A DNA stretch of 64,000 nt, from contig NC_058373.1 of the NCBI RefSeq assembly GCF_018350175.1, positions 111,850,001 through 111,914,000 of the forward strand, given 5' to 3'. How positions within the stretch are numbered: the stretch's first letter is position 1; every line of letters starts with the position of its first letter. This DNA comes from Felis catus. Taxonomy: Eukaryota. The translations under genes were made by a program, and so were the position numbers. The notes under the pieces were generated by a model. It worked only from the letters and a program-made list of their open reading frames with translations. It made no database searches and was not told where the DNA came from. Shown here in pieces: positions 35,857 through 47,763 of this stretch.

Positions 35857-36379
35857 GTCTAGGAAAGAAGCATCTTGAAGACTGGGTATCTTTAGTAGGA
35901 AAAAACTTGTCACTCTTTATAGCAAAGTCCTCTCCCCTTTTTGCCCCTCTCTGCCCCCTCCTTCAATCTAACTCTAAAGTTGGGCTTCAAATATAATATC
36001 TAACCCAAATCTAATATCTAACCCTCTCATGTCTTACATCAGTTCACTCTATTACTTTCTTCCAGACACTCTCTTCACTTCAGAGAGTGTTTTCTCTAAG
36101 AAACCTGCCCAAATCTACCAGGAGGTATCTGTTTTCTCCTTGTCCCCACATTTACCTATCCCTTCAGGATCTGCATTTGTGAAGCCACATTCACTACTGG
36201 CCACACTCACTTTCTGTTTCATACCATAACCACCTCACTGTCCATGAGGGGAGGAATGGTGTCTTTTCTGTGTTTTGCAACCCTCTCTTCATTGCTCATG
36301 TATTAGTCAATTGTTGCAATGCTTATTTTTCACTCCTGTACATGCCATCTGCAAGTCCTGCTTATGTTTTCTTCATTCT

Positions 36380-36610
36380 AGGATCCAGAATGAAGAAGCA
36401 CCCCCTAATAGAGTCTTGTGGCAGAGGCAAAGGAACCATGCAGTGGCTCTTACAACTTTTGCTTGTATATAGCACATAGTATGTTTCAAGTGCTCATGTT
36501 CCTTTGGCCAAAAAAGTCATATGGCCAATCCCAGTGTCAATGGAGTGGGACACTATAATCCTTTTATAGGGACAGGAGAATAAGTAATTGGGAACAGTAA
36601 CACTGCCTAT
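36380..36610 (-). mobile_element. MLT1J-like LTR fragment
   Basis: GCTCATGTTCCTTTGGCCAAAAAAGTCATATGGCCAATCCC..AATGGAGTGGGACACTATAATCC. Confidence 0.55.
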
Positions 36611-37074
36611 GTCAGTTCATGACTAGGGTTGAGTGTCAGTTGCCTTTGAATGACAATCTTCTGGTAAACCCAGTAATGGGCATTGACAAGCCATTGATTA
36701 TTTTTCATTGGAAGATTTGTCTAAAGCTCACCTCTTACAACTGGAGATATGTTTTTTGTTAAGAGATTCTCTAAAATATGTGATATGTTTCCTGGTCTCT
36801 TAAATAAATGCTCTTACTTATAATGCAACTTTTTCTCAGAGATTTGGGGTTGTAATTATGACCATCAACTTGGGCTTTTTACAAAACAGTGATACTCCTT
36901 GGAACTACTAACAAATATAGGGCTACATGCCTCTGCTTAAATAGTCTCAGGCCATTCTGCTTTTGGAGCTCAAGACTCTATCTACAGTTTTTTTTTATCT
37001 CTTCTCATGATACTAGACTCTCAGCTATCATATCTTGACGAAGAGAGAAATCTTCCTCTAGCTCTTGTTACTCA

Positions 37075-37396
37075 GTAGCATCAGCATCACCAGGGAACTT
37101 ACTAGAACTTACTAGAAATTCATTCAGAATCTGAGCCTCACCTCAGGCCTTCTCAATCAGATTTTGCGTTTCAATAAGTTCCCCAGGTGCTACATATGCA
37201 CATTGACATTGGGGAAGCAGCCTTATGGTTCTCAGCCTTGACTGCACATCAGTATCACCTGGGAAGCATTATAAGTACTGATGTCTGGGTGCCGGCCAGA
37301 GTGCTTGTATGTAATTGGTCTGGGGGTATGGTGAGGGCACTAGAGGGTTAGGAGCTCCCCAGATTCTAATGTGCAGCCAAGGCTGAGAACCCCTGC
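37075..37396. mobile_element. Two adjacent MER5A-family MITEs
   Basis: AGCATCAGCATCACCAGGGAACTT..CCCCAGGTG..ATGCACATT (to ~37222), then TGGTTCTCAGCCTTGACTGCACATCAG..GATTCTAATGTGCAGCCAAGGCTGAGAACC. Confidence 0.75.
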
Positions 37397-38079
37397 TTTC
37401 TGAAGACATTTTCCTAGTTGCCTGAACCTACTGCTTCAGTGACCAGAGAAGCAAACTTACTCACCTTTGTGCAACCGCATTACTGACCATTATTAAGTAT
37501 CAACAAGGGCTGGAGGAGCCTGGCCTTACAGAAATAATAATAGCCCAATTATTAAGGAGCCTCTATGGGCTGGGAACATTATACCTAACCCTTACCACAT
37601 CCTGTCACTCTGATTTAAATTTAAGAAACTGAGCCTCAAAAAAGGTGAGCAACTTTCCAGTGTGACATAGATGGTAGAAGTTGGATTTGAATTTATTTGT
37701 TTTCAAAGCCAGAAACTTTTCTCTTCTAAACCCAGGGAACTTTTGCTCCCAACCTGTGTGAGCTATGATGGGCGGACCTTGGAACGCCTACTTTGGCTGC
37801 TCAGACGCCCTTGTCACTGTCTTCCAAAGTCTGGTTTAAGGTCTGGTTGGACAAGGTTACCAGGTGAGAGATCAGACCACCAGATAAGTGACTGTTTACG
37901 ACTGCTAATGGTTCCTTAAACTGTGCCATTTCACAGAGGGATAAACTGATCACCAGGAGGACAGTTGCATGTTCCTAACAAAGAACATAGGAGAAATTGA
38001 TCCATGTAGAGAAACCCCAGGAGAGGGAGCAATTATGCCTGGATTGAAACATGCTTCCCCACTGTCCACTTCTTTATAG

Positions 38080-38280
38080 CAATGAGGACATTACACTGCC
38101 AAGCACAGTAGGAGCTTTATCTCATGTGATTTTCACCACAATCCACAGAATACAATATTCATTTTGCCCATTTTACACACGTTGAAATGGAGGCTGAGAG
38201 GTAAATTTACTCCATATTAGACAGCTAGTAGAGAGCAGAGCTAGCTTCGAAATCCAGAGTCAAAGCCTGTGCTAGTTCAT
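38080..38280 (-). mobile_element. MIR
   Basis: CCCATTTTACACACGTTGAAATGGAGGCTGAGAGGTAAA..ACAGCTAGTAGAGAGCAGAGC. Confidence 0.6.
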
Positions 38281-40069
38281 CTACATTTCATGACTTCTTA
38301 ATTTCTTAAATGCAGCGTTCTGCCAGCTGTGTCCCATCTGAGTCACTGTCTGCTGTGTGTCAGGTTTGGGACAAATTGCTCAAGATCACCTGATGTGGGA
38401 TAAGGAATAGTTTTTTTTCTTTTTTCTTTTTTTTTTTTTTTTTTTTTGTAGGAAATGGAAGTGCTTCAGGTAAACAGCAGAAGAGAAAGAACAGGTTTCT
38501 GTCTATCATCAATCCACCGGAGATGTGTTGGTGCTAGGGCACCTTGCTCCTCTGCGATTTCTGCCTTTTCACAGATCAAGGGTGAGAAATGACCTGTACA
38601 GACAGGCAGTGCAGGGCCAGGCAGCTTGGGTTTGGGCTACAGCTGGTTACAGACGTTCTCTTTGAATTCAGTTGCTTAGGACTGGAAAACTTGGGGTTCC
38701 CGGGATATTACAGGCCACCTTCTGGCACAAAGAAGCCCCTGGTGCCATGGGAAGCTGAGCTTAGGGTCAGGCCCATACCCTATGGAAGTAACACCCACCC
38801 CAGCACAGGTAGCGCATTTTCTGGGTGACCCAGAAGAAGCTCCCGGCACCAGTTTTGCAGAGGACACCTGTGAGAATACCTGAAATCTGGGGCATAAATA
38901 GTGATGCGTGCAGGTGGCACTGGGTCTGTCCTGCCATCAGGGAAGGTAACCAGTAGTGAGGAAAGCAGGGGAATGAGGAGGACATAGCTCTGAGGACTAG
39001 AGAGTGTTCTGTCCCCTTTTCATTTTGGGGCTCCCACTTCAGGCATCTGGCTGGCTGGTAGAGGTGGCAAAGGGCAAGTCAGGCAAAAAATAAGCTGATC
39101 TCACCTGGAGAAGTTGAGTGGGGGTGTCACAGTTGCTGGGAGTGGATGGGGACGGGGGATTTGAAACTGGTAAAATCTTCAAACGTCACTATCTCATATT
39201 TTTACCCCCTCTAAATTTCAGGGCCTGGAGCAAAGCCCTCATTTCTTTGAACAACCAGATTTCTTCAGGGCTTTCCCCACCTCCTCCTCCTTTCATAGGA
39301 ACTTACCAATAAATACGTACTCACAAGTTGCTCACTTCCTTCTCCTTTCTTACCCCCACCCCCAGACCAGGAAATATTTAACTTCTAATATATTTTCCCC
39401 GATTTTTCATCTGTGACATGAATCCTATCTTGTTTCCTAAGGCCTAGGCTTTTAAAACGCCAAAGTCTGAAAAAGCCCTTGTGTTTACTCTTCCTGCCTT
39501 CTGCTGTTGCATTTATTTCCCAAGAAAATGAAAGCTGAATGGCTTGGCTACCTAAATGTAGGGTGGATTAGAGTCTCTTGGATGATAGGAGATGAGGGAA
39601 AAGATCATCAGTTAATATTTCAAAAGTATTATATTTATATAATTTATAGAACTAAATTTTCTCTTTCCTCGATGACAGGTATTCTCAGTAGGCCACCTGT
39701 TAGGTGTCATTATGAGCAAAGAGATGAGTCTAAGTGAGGAGATGCTCCTGTTAGTGCAAATCAGTATGAACTATAAAGAGGCCTTTCTGGAGGAAAAGAT
39801 GACCAACGTATAATTCTCCTTGTCTGGACTCTCACTTCCTGAGCCCAACTCAAAGACACATGAAAGTGAGAGAACAACTCCAAAAGGGAGGGCATCAGGG
39901 TATAGATGGGGAGACAATCATTTTGGTCACGTCCTGCAGCCCTAGAAAGGAGAATCCCATCTTGAGATGTAGAGAATCTTTGCCTCATCCCTGTTGACAG
40001 CTCCAAGAGAAACAGACCCTAACAGACCCTGCTCCCTAGTTGGTAGACACATTTCCTGACCCCTCCTTC

Positions 40070-40307
40070 CTTTCTTTTCCCTTTCCCTTTCCCTTTCCCT
40101 TTCCCTTTCCCTTTCCCTTTCCCTTTCCCTTTCCCTTTCCCTTTCCCTTTCCCTTCCCTTCCCTTCCCTTCCCTTCCCTTCCTTTCCCTTCCTTCCCCTC
40201 CCCTCCCCTCCCCTCTCCTCCCCTCCCCTCTTCTTTCCTTTCCTTTCCTTTCCTTTCCTTTCCTTTCCTTTCCTTTCCTTTCCTTTCCTTTCCTTTCCTT
40301 TCCTTTC
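40070..40307. repeat. Compound polypyrimidine microsatellite (TTTCCC)n-(TTCCC)n-(TCCCC)n-(TTTCC)n
   Basis: About 240 bp of only C/T on the + strand. Confidence 0.97.
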
Positions 40308-40453
40308 GTAATCGCTTCTGACTTCAATGGGGATGGGTTGTGGTTTATTAAATAAATTAATAAATTAAATAAATGCCTGAGGTGAAGAGAACATTCACAT
40401 CTGCCTATGCTTCAGTTTGCTTTTGGGGTGGGAGCTAATAGAGAAATGGGCAA

Positions 40454-40610
40454 GGGTGTGTCTGACTCTTGATTTCAGCTCAGGTCATGGTCTCACAGTC
40501 ATGGGATAGAGCCCCATGTCTGGTTCTTCAATGAGCACAGAGCCTGCTTGGGATTCTCTCTCTCTCCCTCTCTCTCTGCCTTCTCCCCAACTTGCATGCA
40601 CTCATTCTGA

Positions 40611-40666
<56 letters not shown>

Positions 40667-40680
40667 AAAAGAAAAAAGAA
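40454..40680 (+). mobile_element. Can-SINE with deleted head and (GAAA)n tail
   Basis: TCTGACTCTTGATTTCAGCTCAGGTCATG..GAGCCTGCTTGGGATTCTCTC then GAAA repeat ~40609-40665. Confidence 0.85.
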
Positions 40681-40819
40681 AAGTGGGTCAGAAATAGGGG
40701 TGGAGTATGGCATATTCATTCATCAAAAATGGGATGCTTTGTAACTCTGGGACTCCTAAAACACTGCTCATGGGACAGTGAATTTGTGGTATCCCCAACC
40801 ACCTCTCCTCTTCCTATAT

Positions 40820-41430
40820 CTCAGATGTTAGTCAGTGGTATAAAGGTCTAAGTAAGTGGTCAAGACTGAAACCTGGAAATCATCCTTTGTTGTCCCTCCC
40901 TCAGAACTCACACACCCACCTGGAGAACAAATCCTGTTGATTCCAGCTCTGAAACTGAACCTCAAAATCTATTCCCTTCAGTCCAAAATCACCATCCTGG
41001 TCTTAGTTTAAAATAAACACGTTCCTCTGTGGGGTGCTAGTGTACCTCAAATAGTTCCCTGACCTCAACTCTTATCCTCTAAGCCATGCTGTCAGAGACT
41101 TATTTTTCTAAAACACATCTATCTGCGTCACCCCTTTGCTTACAAACTTTGACTCCATCCCCATTCCCTCCAAGATAAAGTCTAAATCCCTTAATACAAT
41201 GCACAATGCTGTTTATATACTGAGTCCTAGAACCTGTTCTTGTGTCAGTTTCTAGGACACATCCTCTTTTACTGCTTAAGGCTGGTTCTGAGCTCCCAGA
41301 CCAGTCATTTCGCCTTTGTTCTTCCTGCATCATAATTTTTTATTTAAATGTGTTTCTTCTACTGGACATAAGCTCTTAAGGGCATGGACTATACTAGGCA
41401 CAGAGTGGGTATTTGATTAAGTTTGAATGA
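40820..41430 (+). mobile_element. Degenerate L2
   Basis: CAAATCCTGTTGATTCCAGCTCTGAAA..CAAGATAAAGTCTAAATCCCTTA..TAAGCTCTTAAGGGCATGGAC..GGCACAGAGTGGG. Confidence 0.55.
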
Positions 41431-43066
41431 TTGGTTGAACTTATATCACAACCCAAGTTCCAAAGACACAAGGATTTTTTTTTTCCTTTTTTTTGTGTTG
41501 TTTTGTTTTGTTTTGAGATCTACAGTTTGTGCTTAGCCAGTTCCTAATGCTTCACTTTCTACTTTCCCTTTTCATATCTCCCTACCCTTTCCTTTTAGCT
41601 ACTAATCACTTCTCTCACCTCTCACCATGCTTCTCTTGCTTCCTGGCCTCCAGACAATACTTCCTTCCCTAGAATGTCAGTAAGAGAAAGAAGGACCCAC
41701 CCCCTGGGAGAGAGGTGGTTCTGCATCATCCGTCTGCTCATTTGCAGCCAAACCTAAATATAAACCATGCAATCGAAGAGGAGACTGGAAACCACTCAGG
41801 TGGAATCAGATCCAGAGACAACACTCTAGAGAGAGGAGAAAGAGACATGGGGGTCAAACCCAGAGGCCCCAAGACCTGGCCTGAACATGAAGGTTGCTTC
41901 TGACACTGTGAATATAGGAGGAGAAGAGAAGGCTGCCATGAGGTCAATAAAGGACACAGCTGGAAAAGGGTGGGGGAGATGGATGAGGCAGAGGGAACAC
42001 ATAGTGAAACTGTTCCAGCCCAAGTACACAATAGGTAGTCCAAGGACAAGAAGGAGGTATTTCTGGGTTGGGTTGTGGCTGGGGGGTGGCTGTAACTATT
42101 AACGGTGTCAGGACTTGGCTTTTAGCAGATGTGACTCCTGGGTTGCTTAAGACAAATTAAAACAAGATGTAAATCCCATAATCTTGTGGAATCTTAGGAG
42201 GGATGTGAAGGGAATGGTTCCTGCCATACCAAGGAAACTAGGATATGGGAGTTTCACATCTAGCTTCAGAAAGGACATTCCATGAACAAAGCTCACAGAA
42301 GAGTAAATTTCCCTGCAGTTCAGCTGCCTCCAGATACATCCTCCATGTTGCGTGACAGGGAATGGGGAATCTTATCAGGAAAGATGGGTATGTGTCAGCC
42401 TGCTGCTGAGACCCTCCTTCTGTTCTCAGATCTCTTTGCTAGGAGTCCCCCGGTAAGCTCATGGCCATCTTCAAAGGAGCATAGAAGAATCTGGGCTTTA
42501 CATGCATCTTGGCTAGTGGGTTCTTCTTAAATATCCAGTGTTGCTGGGTTGCTCATTAGTACCTAGAATTCCATAGACTCGGAATATCAACTAGGGAAAA
42601 GAATATTCTACCACAAGCGGTATGCAGCTTGTAACTATAATTAAGAGATAAGGGAATTCAAGGTGTCAAAGGGCAATGAACTTGCTTAATTCCCATACCC
42701 CAAACGTAAGTGAGGAGTCCAGAATCCTCCCCTCTCCACTCAGTTCTGAATGAGGCTACCTTAAGTATAACTTATATACATTTTACAAATGGGTGGATCT
42801 AAAACTCTACTCCATTCTGGACCCTGAATCCCAACTCAACATCGTCCCCAAAGCCTCCAGGGAACAGTCAGGGTTCGATCCAATTCAGCACCATGGGAAG
42901 TATTAGCTCACAAAACAGCCAGACAGAGACCTTCACGGGCTTTTCCCAAGTCCATTTCTCTTGTTGGAAGTTGTTCTTACTGATACCTGGCTCTGTTCAG
43001 GAGTATGGTGCTGCCGTATTTCCATGGCTGCCCTAGGCTTCCTTACAGAATTTTCTCCAGAGCTTC

Positions 43067-43579
43067 TGTTTCGTTATGGTAGAGCAAATCATCCCAGAAC
43101 ATAGTGGCTTAAAACAATTATTAATTATTTGTCATAGTTCTGTGGATCAGTAACGTAGGTTGGGCTCAGTAACATAGGTTGGGGGGCAATTTTATTGTGG
43201 GAATTGTCTGGACTCACACATGTGGCTGTAGTCATTTGGCAACTATATGAGGACTTGTGAGGGTAAATTCCCCTTATTCACACATCTGGGACTTTGGTGC
43301 TGGTTATTGGCCAGGCCTTGTTCTATACAAGGTCACTTCCTGTCTAGTAGCCCAGCCAGCGATATCTTATGTGGTGGCAGAAGCATTCCAACAAGGTGAA
43401 GGTGGAAGCTCCAAGACTTCTTGAGGCTGAGCCTTTGAAATTAACACATCATTTCTGCCACATTCTTAGGTCGAAGCAAGTTACAAAGCCAGCCCGGATT
43501 TCCGAGATGGGAAAATACACTCTAACTCTTGCAGAGAAGAGCTGCAAAATATTGTGCCTCCCTTTTTCAATTTCCCACA
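43067..43579 (-). mobile_element. MLT1F/G/H-like solo LTR
   Basis: TG...CA ends, near-TSD GCTTC/TCTTC; CATAGTGGCTTAAAACAA, CATTTCTGCCACATTCT..AAGCAAGTTACAAAGCCAGCCCGGATT. Confidence 0.75.
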
Positions 43580-43584
43580 TCTTC

Positions 43585-44030
43585 CTATTGCGCTTAGCAC
43601 AAGATTCAAATTTCCTGCTGTTTATGGCCCTGCCCCCTCTCTCTAAATTAACCTACTACCGCTCTCTCCTTGGCTCATTACAAACAGTTGTTCTCTTTTT
43701 AGGGCTTTTGTATTTGCTGTTTCCTCTGCCTAGAATGCTTCTCTCTAAGAGCTTTGGGAGGCTGAGTTCTATTTTGTCTCTAAGTCTAAATGTCAGCTTC
43801 TCAAGGAAGCCTTCCCTAAGTAATTCTCCCAGTTACTTCCCACCTGTCTTATCCTCATGTGGACCTTAGTAATATAAGGAATCATCCATTCATTCATTAC
43901 CTATTTTCTCACCAGAATTTAAACACATGAAAGCATAGCTATTAATTCTCCAATTCACCCCTGTATCCCCAGTACCTGGAATAGTACCTGGTGACATGTA
44001 GGTGCTCAATAATGATTTGTTGAAACAATT
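43585..44030 (+). mobile_element. L2 3' end
   Basis: GCTGTTTCCTCTGCCTAGAATGCT..CTGTATCCCCAGTACCTGGAATAGTACCTGG..GTAGGTGCTCAATAA. Confidence 0.75.
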
Positions 44031-44184
44031 AGCTGTGCAGTGTTTACCTTTATAGCTTTGAAAATCCATATCACCTTAGAAGACAGGACCAAAAAGAAAA
44101 AAAAAATCAATCTCCATTCTCAAAGTTGAGATTAAAAAAAAAAAACAACAACACAGTGGGTTCTTTTCCTGCAATTAGTACACA

Positions 44185-44203
44185 TTGCCACCAAGTGGCA
44201 GTG
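44185..44203 (+). promoter_or_regulatory. CTCF-like motif
   Basis: TTGCCACCAAGTGGCAGTG (one mismatch at a conserved G) with upstream CTGCAAT. Confidence 0.3.
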
Positions 44204-44333
44204 TCTTAATCATTTTGGGCAAACTATTGGGCAATGTTTTTCTTTAGATTCAAATGATGTTGTTTGCCCAAGTCCAAACATATTAACAGTAACTTATTTT
44301 CTACTTTTTAGTTATTAACTATTTAGTATACTT

Positions 44334-44518
44334 TTTTCTTGGGGGGGAGGGGGTGGTGCATGAGTGGGGGAGGCACAGAGAGAGAAGGAAACACAGAATC
44401 CAAAGCAGGCTCCAGACTCTGAGCTGTCAACACAGATGTAGGGCTTGAACTCAAGAACTGTGAGATCATGACCTGAGCCAAAGTCAGACACTTAACCAAC
44501 TGAGCCACCCAGGAGCCC
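44334..44518 (-). mobile_element. Can-SINE
   Basis: Antisense copy, TSD TTAGTATACTT on both sides. Confidence 0.92.
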
Positions 44519-44598
44519 TTAGTATACTTCTTAAAATTGCTGACTTGAAACAATAGACAATAAAGCTGTTTATTCTCAGAGAATAAACATTTTTCTTA

Positions 44599-44835
44599 GG
44601 GGCACCTGGGTGGCTCAGTCGGTTGAGTGTCTGACTTTGGCTCAGGTCATGATCGCATGGTTCGTGAGTTTCAGCCCCGCGTTGAGCTCTGTGCTGACAG
44701 CTCGGAGCCTGGAGCCTGCTTCGGATTCTGTGTCTCCTTCTCTCTCTGCTCCTTCCCCGCTCATGTTCTATCTCTCTCTGTCTCTTAGAAATGAATAAAC
44801 GTAAAACAATTTTTTTAATAAAAAAACAAAAAAAA
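44599..44835 (+). mobile_element. Can-SINE
   Basis: Full length, TSD CATTTTTCTTA. Confidence 0.95.
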
Positions 44836-45982
44836 CCCCCATTTTTCTTAGAGAAACATTATTTTTTTCTGTGTATACATTAGTTTTCAGTTACCATTAA
44901 ATATAACTCTTCTCCCATAGCCATGCTCTGATTAGTATGTTCTTTTTACTTTATTGTAATTCCCATCTTCTAGCCAGTATGCCTCAAGGCTGACATGTGG
45001 AGCTGGACCTTCAGGCTAGATTTATACTGCAAAGCTTTGTGGCTTCTCTCAGATGCTAGCTCCATCCTCATTTAAAGCCTGCTGATGACTTAGTTCCCCT
45101 TGTGTTTCAACTCCTTTTTTTCTCAACCCTAACTCTTTTATTTCTCTTCCCTGTTACAAAATTAGGAAGAGAGAGAAAAACACCTATTCCTTTATCCTGA
45201 ACACATGATTCTGCCTCAGGTTCTTCCTAATACAAAGAAAGTAATTTCTACTTGTCCTTAAATAGGAGTCAAATATCTCCCTTTATGTTGTTTTCCCACT
45301 GGGAGTTCTTTAAACTAGTGATCATGTACAACAGGACTTAGCGAAGCCATAGCAATGGTTCCACAAGAGGCAGTTTATACAAAGCATGTTTTGTGATAAG
45401 AGTTCCCCAGAAACTCTTTTTCTAACAAAAGAGATAGCGCTCTTAAAAGGAAAAATGAAGCAACATTTAGACAAAGCTCCTGATTGGGCATTTAAGCTCC
45501 TCTGAAGAGTGCTGGTCCCAATCGGTGGCTAATCTCATGAGTCAGCAGCAGAGATCTACCGTAAGTCACTTTAATATCTCTGGGACCACGTTCCTTCACC
45601 AGGCATGCTGGAGTTCAATAAATGCTCACTGAGTGCTCAACAGGAATGATCCAGACCCAGGGCATTCCACAGCACAGCTGCCCAATCCAACCTAAAGGGT
45701 GATTTTTTTCTTCTTTCTATGGCGATGGCCTACTCACCATGAGTGGGTGATGGCCCACTCAGTTTTTGCATATTGCTAACAAAATCTGATCACCCTGAGT
45801 TTCAATGTCTTTTAGAATATGTATATGCAATCACCACTCATTAGGACAATATTGGTGTGTAACGAATGTTGATTGAATGAATGAAGGAAAATGACCAGAG
45901 TTCATAGTGTTAATTTATATCAGCGTCTTCTGATATTTTTGTATTGCACACCCCATTAGTTAAAAAGTAAACAATTCCCTTT

Positions 45983-46178
45983 GGGTGCCTGGATGGCTCA
46001 GTTGGTTCAGTGTCCAACTATTGATTTCGGCTCAGGTCATGATCTCATGGTTTGTGAATTTGAGCCCCGTGACGGGCTCCACACTGACACTGGGGTGCCT
46101 GCTTGGGATTCTTTCTCTCTCCTTCTCTCTGCCCCTCCCTTGCTCACACTCTCTCTCAAAATAAATGAATAAACATTA
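45983..46178 (+). mobile_element. Can-SINE (older type)
   Basis: GGGTGCCTGGATGGCTCAG head; TSD core AAAAAGTAAACAA. Confidence 0.92.
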
Positions 46179-46301
46179 AAAAAGTAAACAACCTCAAAAT
46201 GTATATTATTTATTTAAAAGTTATTCAGATATACTACAGTAGTAATGTTTTCTGTACATGAAGATATACACAAAAATATAAATTTTAAAAAGGATAAGAT
46301 A

Positions 46302-46532
46302 GGGGCGCCTGGGTGGCGCAGTCGGTTAAGCGTCCAACTTCAGCCAGGTCGCGATCTCACGGTCCGGGAGTTCGAGCTCCGCGTCAGGCTCTGGGCTGAT
46401 GGCTCAGAGCCTAGAGCCTGTTTCCGATTCTGTGTCTCCCTCTCTCTCTGCCCCTCCCCCGTTCATGCTCTGTCTCTCTCTGTCCCAAAAATAAATAAAC
46501 GTTGAAAAAAAAATTTTTTTTAAATAAATAAA
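46302..46532 (+). mobile_element. Young felid SINEC_Fc
   Basis: Perfect TSD TAAAAAGGATAAGATA (46286-46301, 46533-46548). Confidence 0.97.
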
Positions 46533-47199
46533 TAAAAAGGATAAGATAAAGAAACAAGTAATACTTTTAAGTAATTATTTTATTATTGGCAATATTTACT
46601 CTCACTAAAATCTTTTACATATTATTAATATTCTTTGTGGGAACAATGCAGTTCTGTATGCTGCTTTCTGTTTTAAAATCTTGGTTTAGGACTTTGTGAT
46701 ACAATCATTCAATGGTTTCGTCCTAAGTTTGGTTTGTTTTCTTACTTGGTTTTAATTGCTGTCTGAGGTAAAAAACACACTTGATAGATCCAAATGGAAG
46801 GCTTGCACCATCAGCCTCTCTTACTAAATCATGGTATTCTTTGCTCAGTCATGTTCACCAATTATGCAAATGTTTTTTGGAAATTCAGCTAATACCTTTC
46901 TGTGTTTTCTGATCTCAGCCTAATTTTCTTATGAATGAATCAGAAGGGACACTGATGGAATATAGCTATGTTTTTATATTTTTGTAAAATGTGTTCAAGA
47001 TTGTGTGATTGATTTTTAAATGCTAGAAAATCCAGTGTCTTAGTGTGAAGACATGAAAGATGTCATAGGTGCCTATGTCGTGTTCAACAATGTCACATAA
47101 TGATGAAAATAATGGTTTCTCTATAGCACCAGCTTCTTCTGAAGGTCGGTTACTTTCTCACTCATTATTAAATTGCCACTTTTACATTGAGGAACAGAT

Positions 47200-47202
<3 letters not shown>

Positions 47203-47250
<48 letters not shown>
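47203..47250. repeat. (TG)n microsatellite
   Basis: Uninterrupted TG run. Confidence 0.95.
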
Positions 47251-47252
<2 letters not shown>

Positions 47253-47327
47253 TACATATGTATGTATTCTACTTGTTAGGTAGAAATCTAATCGTTATTT
47301 GATATTATTTAAAAGATCAGAAATTTG

Positions 47328-47398
47328 ACAAAATTGAATTTTTGCAAAAACACAACCAGCAGCAAAACACAAAATTGCATTTTTGCAAAAACACAACC
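47328..47398. repeat. 30-bp direct duplication, 41-bp period
   Basis: ACAAAATTG(A/C)ATTTTTGCAAAAACACAACC at 47328-47357 and 47369-47398. Confidence 0.9.
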
Positions 47399-47569
47399 TC
47401 CTGTATGACCACTCTTAAGGACTTTGCCACAAGATAACCAGCAAACCTCTCCGCAGTACAAATGATTTGCATGATCACTCCACATGTCATTACAAAAGAA
47501 ATATTTTACTACATTGCAGATGATCTCATTTTTGTAAAATTAATACCAACCCTTACATTCTCTGTTTCT

Positions 47570-47735
47570 GTATGGTCTCACTACTCGAAGTGTGGTACAT
47601 TGACCAGCAGCATCAGCATCCCTGAAGCTGGTTAGAAATGCAGAATCTAGGACAGGTTAGGACGACTGAATCAAAATCTACATTTTACAAGACCTCAGGT
47701 GGCTCACACACATGTTCAGGTTTGAGAGTATTGCC
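47570..47735. mobile_element. MER5A1-like MITE
   Basis: CTACTCGAAGTGTGGT..GACCAGCAGCATCAGCATC..GTTAGAAATGCAGAATCT. Confidence 0.75.
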
Positions 47736-47763
47736 CTATGAAATTCTGACTTCTACTTCTTTG

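Larger units (their letters stand above)
46550..47560 (-). mobile_element. hAT-Charlie (Charlie7-like) transposon relic with transposase C-terminus
   Basis: Minus-strand translation: MSEKVTDLQKKLVL.., HLHNW..LSKEYHDLVREADGASLPFGS..TAIKTK..IVSQSPKPRF..HCSH (hAT dimerisation-domain pattern). Confidence 0.7.

Noticed and set aside
40019..40327. GK/ERKG-repeat and FP-repeat ORFs
   Set aside because: Translations of a microsatellite
43369..43869. Longest ORF in the track (166 aa)
   Set aside because: Spans an MLT1 LTR/L2 junction; no recognisable domain or splice context
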